A stretch of 32,000 nt of DNA from Mycobacterium tuberculosis H37Rv (GTDB taxonomy: Bacteria > Actinomycetota > Actinomycetes > Mycobacteriales > Mycobacteriaceae). The stretch covers positions 2,730,001 to 2,762,000 of the forward strand of contig NC_000962.3 in assembly GCF_000195955.2 (NCBI RefSeq). The letters are read 5' to 3'. Each line of letters starts with the position of its first letter. Position 1 is the first letter of the stretch. A program made the translations under genes and the position numbers. Positions 28,208 to 32,000 of this stretch are shown here, one piece after another. The notes below the pieces were generated by a model. That model was not told the origin of the DNA. It made no database searches and worked only from the letters and a program-made list of their open reading frames with translations.

Positions 28208-29488
28208 CTACGCGCTCTTGTCGCGGCGCTCCGAACGGGACGGCTTGCGTGGCACGATTGTCGGCAACACGTTGTCCTGCACGGTCTCCTTGGTGACCAC
28301 CACTTTGGCGACATCGTCGCGGCTCGGGATGTCGTACATCACCGGCAGCAGGACTTCTTCCATGATCGCCCGCAGGCCGCGGGCACCGGTGCCGCGATGG
28401 ATCGCCTGGTCGGCGATCGCTTCCAGCGCATCGTCGGTGAACTCCAACTCCACGCCATCCATCTCGAACAGCCGGATGTACTGCTTGACCAAAGCGTTCT
28501 TCGGCTCGGACAGGATCTTGACCAACGACTCTTTGTCCAGGTTGGTGACCGAGGCGACCACCGGCAGGCGGCCGATGAATTCCGGGATCAGGCCGAACTT
28601 GATCAGATCCTCCGGCATCACGTCGGCAAAGTGGTCGGTGGTGTCGATCTCGGCCTTGGAACGAACCTCGGCGCCAAAGCCGAGGCCCCGCTTGCCGACG
28701 CGCTCGTAAATGATCTTCTCCAGCCCGGCGAACGCTCCCGCGACGATGAACAGCACGTTGGTGGTGTCGATCTGGATGAACTCTTGATGCGGGTGCTTAC
28801 GGCCCCCCTGCGGCGGAACCGACGCCTGAGTGCCCTCCAGGATTTTCAGCAAGGCCTGCTGAACGCCCTCACCGGAGACGTCGCGAGTAATCGACGGGTT
28901 CTCACTCTTGCGGGCGATCTTGTCGACCTCGTCGATGTAGATGATGCCGGTCTCGGCGCGTTTGACGTCGTAGTCGGCGGCCTGAATAAGTTTGAGCAAG
29001 ATGTTCTCGACGTCCTCGCCGACGTAACCGGCCTCGGTCAGCGCGGTGGCGTCGGCGATGGCAAACGGCACGTTAAGCATCTTGGCCAGCGTCTGGGCCA
29101 GGTAGGTCTTGCCACAACCGGTGGGTCCGAGCATCAAGATGTTCGACTTGGTCAACTCAACGGGCTCACATCGGGAGTCACGGCCCTTCTCCCCGGCCTG
29201 GATCCGCTTGTAGTGGTTGTACACCGCCACGGCCAGCGTGCGTTTGGCGGTATCTTGCCCGATGACGTAGCCCTCGAGGAACTCCCGGATCTCGGCCGGC
29301 TTGGGCAGCTCGTCGAGTTTCACATCGTCGGCGTCGGCGAGTTCCTCTTCGATGATCTCGTTACACAGGTCGATGCACTCATCGCAGATGTACACGCCGG
29401 GGCCGGCAATGAGCTTCTTGACCTGTTTTTGGCTCTTCCCGCAGAACGAGCACTTCAGCAGGTCACCACCGTCTCCTATGCGCGCCAT
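28208..29488 (-). CDS. clpX: ATP-dependent Clp protease ATP-binding subunit ClpX
   Basis: The ORF has 426 codons. The zinc-binding N-domain is [30 protein letters not shown]. Walker A is GPTGCGKT, Walker B is [10 protein letters not shown], and the pore loop is GYVGEDVE. Confidence 0.97.
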
Positions 29489-29778
29489 AATGCTGATGGC
29501 CTACTTCCTGATCGCCGTTCGTGTTGCCGTGCCCCGTGTATGCCCCGACGCTACCCGCTTGCTCCGGCCCCCCGCGACCGTTAGCACCGAATAGCGTCCT
29601 AGAGATTTCAGGGTGTTCACGCCTCTCGTCTGAATGAAACATATAGCCCGACTGCGCCCCACTCGCCGAGACGCGCGATCCGTGTCTCTGGCGTGTCGCG
29701 GTCGTAACCCCACCGAGGCCCGCGCGTCGCGGACCCGGCAGCGGCCCGACCGCCAGCTGACCACCCTACAGTGGCGTT

Positions 29779-30687
29779 GTGGAATTGGTCAGCGATTCCG
29801 TGCTGATCAGCGATGGCGGCCTGGCCACCGAGCTTGAGGCGCGCGGTCACGACCTGTCCGACCCGTTGTGGTCGGCGCGGCTGCTGGTGGACGCTCCGCA
29901 CGCGATCACCGCGGTGCATACCGCGTACTTTCGCGCTGGGGCCCAGATTGCCACGACTGCCAGCTACCAGGCCTCGTTCGAGGGCTTCGCGGCGCGCGGC
30001 ATAGGTCATGACGACGCCACCGTGCTGCTGCGCCGCAGCGTCGAACTCGCCCAGGCTGCGCGCGACGAGGTCGGCGTTGGCGGTCTATCGGTCGCAGCCT
30101 CGGTCGGGCCATACGGCGCCGCGCTGGCTGACGGATCCGAATACCGCGGATACTACGGCCTGTCCGTCGCAGCCTTGATGAAGTGGCATCTGCCACGGCT
30201 CGAGGTGCTAGTCGATGCCGGCGCTGACATGCTCGCCCTGGAAACCATCCCCGATATCGACGAAGCCGAAGCGCTGGTCAACCTGGTGCGGCGGTTGGCT
30301 ACGCCGGCCTGGCTCAGCTACACGATCAACGGGACGCGGACTCGCGCCGGGCAACCGCTCACCGACGCGTTTGCGGTGGCCGCAGGAGTTCCCGAGATCG
30401 TCGCCGTCGGCGTCAACTGCTGCGCACCCGACGACGTGTTGCCGGCCATCGCTTTCGCCGTCGCCCACACAGGCAAACCGGTGATCGTGTACCCGAACAG
30501 CGGTGAGGGTTGGGATGGTCGGCGCCGCGCCTGGGTAGGTCCGCGGCGGTTTTCCGGATCTTCCGGGCAGCTTGCGCGGGAATGGGTTGCGGCGGGCGCG
30601 CGCATCGTGGGCGGATGCTGCCGAGTACGGCCGATCGATATTGCCGAAATCGGGCGAGCGCTGACCACCGCGCCGCCCCGAGGCTGA
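29779..30687 (+). CDS. mmuM: Homocysteine S-methyltransferase
   Basis: The ORF has 302 codons with a GTG start. The product begins LISDGGLATELEARGHDLSDPLWSA and has the zinc-ligand motifs VGVNCC and IVGGCC. Confidence 0.9.
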   Translation: MELVSDSVLISDGGLATELEARGHDLSDPLWSARLLVDAPHAITAVHTAYFRAGAQIATTASYQASFEGFAARGIGHDDATVLLRRSVELAQAARDEVGVGGLSVAASVGPYGAALADGSEYRGYYGLSVAALMKWHLPRLEVLVDAGADMLALETIPDIDEAEALVNLVRRLATPAWLSYTINGTRTRAGQPLTDAFAVAAGVPEIVAVGVNCCAPDDVLPAIAFAVAHTGKPVIVYPNSGEGWDGRRRAWVGPRRFSGSSGQLAREWVAAGARIVGGCCRVRPIDIAEIGRALTTAPPRG

Positions 30688-30763
30688 AAGCGAAAATTGC
30701 CTCTACTGCCTCATCGAGGCGTTACCTAGGGTTAGTTCTTGTGACCGCGAAGCCCGGCTACGC

Positions 30764-32000
30764 ATGAGTAAGAACCGCATTATGGGCAACCAACCGGAGA
30801 AGTCAGATGTGACTGCGGCACCCGACACCGTGGAGGGCGATTCCCACACTGCAATGACACCGCGCCAGCGGCTGACCGTGTTGGCAACGGGGCTGGGCAT
30901 CTTCATGGTGTTCGTGGACGTCAACATCGTCAATGTCGCATTGCCCAGCATCCAAAAGGTGTTTCACACGGGCGAACAAGGTCTGCAGTGGGCGGTCGCC
31001 GGGTACAGCCTGGGCATGGCGGCCGTGCTGATGAGTTGCGCCCTGCTGGGCGATCGCTACGGTCGCAGGCGCAGTTTTGTGTTCGGGGTCACGCTCTTCG
31101 TCGTGAGCTCTATTGTCTGTGTGCTACCGGTCAGCCTGGCAGTTTTCACGGTCGCACGAGTGATCCAAGGTTTAGGAGCGGCGTTCATCTCAGTGCTCTC
31201 GCTGGCCTTGCTAAGCCACTCCTTTCCCAATCCCCGAATGAAAGCACGGGCGATATCCAACTGGATGGCCATAGGCATGGTCGGTGCGGCATCTGCCCCC
31301 GCGCTGGGCGGGCTCATGGTCGACGGCCTCGGTTGGCGCAGCGTGTTCCTGGTGAACGTTCCGCTCGGTGCCATCGTGTGGCTGCTGACGCTAGTCGGTG
31401 TCGACGAGTCACAGGATCCCGAGCCCACTCAACTCGACTGGGTGGGACAGCTGACGCTTATCCCGGCCGTCGCCCTGATCGCATACACCATCATCGAGGC
31501 TCCCCGGTTCGACCGGCAGTCCGCCGGGTTCGTGGCGGCGTTGCTGTTAGCGGCTGGGGTACTGCTGTGGCTGTTTGTTCGACACGAACACCGCGCCGCT
31601 TTCCCGTTGGTCGATCTCAAACTGTTCGCCGAGCCGTTGTACCGATCGGTGCTGATCGTCTACTTCGTGGTGATGTCCTGCTTTTTCGGGACTCTGATGG
31701 TGATCACCCAGCACTTCCAAAATGTGCGCGACCTATCGCCGCTGCACGCGGGTTTGATGATGTTGCCGGTCCCCGCGGGATTCGGGGTGGCGAGTCTGCT
31801 GGCGGGTAGGGCGGTCAACAAATGGGGTCCTCAGCTCCCGGTGCTGACGTGCCTGGCGGCCATGTTCATCGGGTTGGCGATTTTCGCGATCTCGATGGAC
31901 CACGCGCATCCAGTGGCCCTTGTTGGCCTGACGATCTTTGGCGCGGGAGCCGGCGGCTGCGCCACACCGCTGTTGCATCTTGGAATGACCAAGGTCGATG
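30764..32000 (+). CDS. DHA2 (EmrB/QacA-type) MFS efflux transporter, 5' part (continues beyond window end); Rv2459-like
   Basis: It is absent from the ORF track because there is no stop in the window. My translation from the ATG at 30764 is MSKNRIMGNQPEKSDVTAAPDTVEGDSHTAMTPRQRLTVLATGLGIFMVFVDVNIVNVALPSIQKVFHT...LGDRYGRRRSFVFG...VIQGLGAAF. These are the typical DHA2 motifs. Alternative ATG starts lie at 30782 and 30854. Confidence 0.85.
   Translation, partial: MSKNRIMGNQPEKSDVTAAPDTVEGDSHTAMTPRQRLTVLATGLGIFMVFVDVNIVNVALPSIQKVFHTGEQGLQWAVAGYSLGMAAVLMSCALLGDRYGRRRSFVFGVTLFVVSSIVCVLPVSLAVFTVARVIQGLGAAFISVLSLALLSHSFPNPRMKARAISNWMAIGMVGAASAPALGGLMVDGLGWRSVFLVNVPLGAIVWLLTLVGVDESQDPEPTQLDWVGQLTLIPAVALIAYTIIEAPRFDRQSAGFVAALLLAAGVLLWLFVRHEHRAAFPLVDLKLFAEPLYRSVLIVYFVVMSCFFGTLMVITQHFQNVRDLSPLHAGLMMLPVPAGFGVASLLAGRAVNKWGPQLPVLTCLAAMFIGLAIFAISMDHAHPVALVGLTIFGAGAGGCATPLLHLGMTKVD

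Noticed and set aside
27611-29584. 657-codon ORF on the plus strand, spanning the MFS gene and clpX in antisense
   Set aside because: The translation is Arg/Gly/Asp/His-rich and has no domain-like features. ClpX (zinc finger, Walker A/B) and a 12-TM MFS protein are unambiguous on the other strand. Long antisense ORFs are expected at this GC content.
29489-29778. I looked for a SAM/SAH-type riboswitch upstream of mmuM and for a Clp-regulator-type operator upstream of clpX in the 290-bp divergent region
   Set aside because: I could not find any block resembling the SAM-IV or other SAM/SAH riboswitch cores I remember. I found only short 5-bp inverted repeats (gagac/gtctc, ttcag/ctgaa) and an AT-rich patch near 29620..29650 that is probably promoter DNA. 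This is not enough for a call.

Overview
This is 32 kb of high-GC (roughly 65% by eye) actinobacterial chromosome. From my memory of the protein sequences plus motif reading, not from a database search, it matches the Mycobacterium tuberculosis complex core block Rv2434c to Rv2459, at about 2.73-2.76 Mb in H37Rv. In order, it contains: the 5' end of an MscS-type channel gene, a receptor-type class III cyclase homologue, rbsK, an ICMT-family membrane methyltransferase, nadE, proB, obg, rpmA, rplU, dctA, rne, ndk, a small membrane protein, folC, valS, a saccharopine-dehydrogenase-like reductase, rpfE, mobA, korB, korA, an MFS transporter, clpX, mmuM, and the 5' part of a DHA2-type MFS pump. 19 of the 24 genes are on the minus strand, and several are joined by ATGA start/stop overlaps. 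I see no rRNA or tRNA gene, CRISPR array, IS element, prophage or defence-island signature. I do not find a convincing novel multi-gene system; this is a housekeeping region. The items worth a second look are cis-acting or gene-integrity signals. (1) A ydaO/c-di-AMP-riboswitch-like element lies in the rpfE leader. (2) An in-frame TGA splits an SD-preceded start and first TM helix from the rest of the ICMT-family gene. (3) The cyclase homology domain has 4 of 6 canonical catalytic residues substituted, and its gene is translationally coupled to the MscS-type channel gene. (4) Two long perfect hairpins are present, one in the rplU/dctA divergent region and one after rpfE. (5) A 13-nt direct repeat brackets a promoter-like element upstream of korAB. 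(6) An AT-rich island lies between mobA and the rpfE upstream region. Start codons were chosen from SD context, and the ORF track gives the longest ATG/GTG/TTG ORFs.
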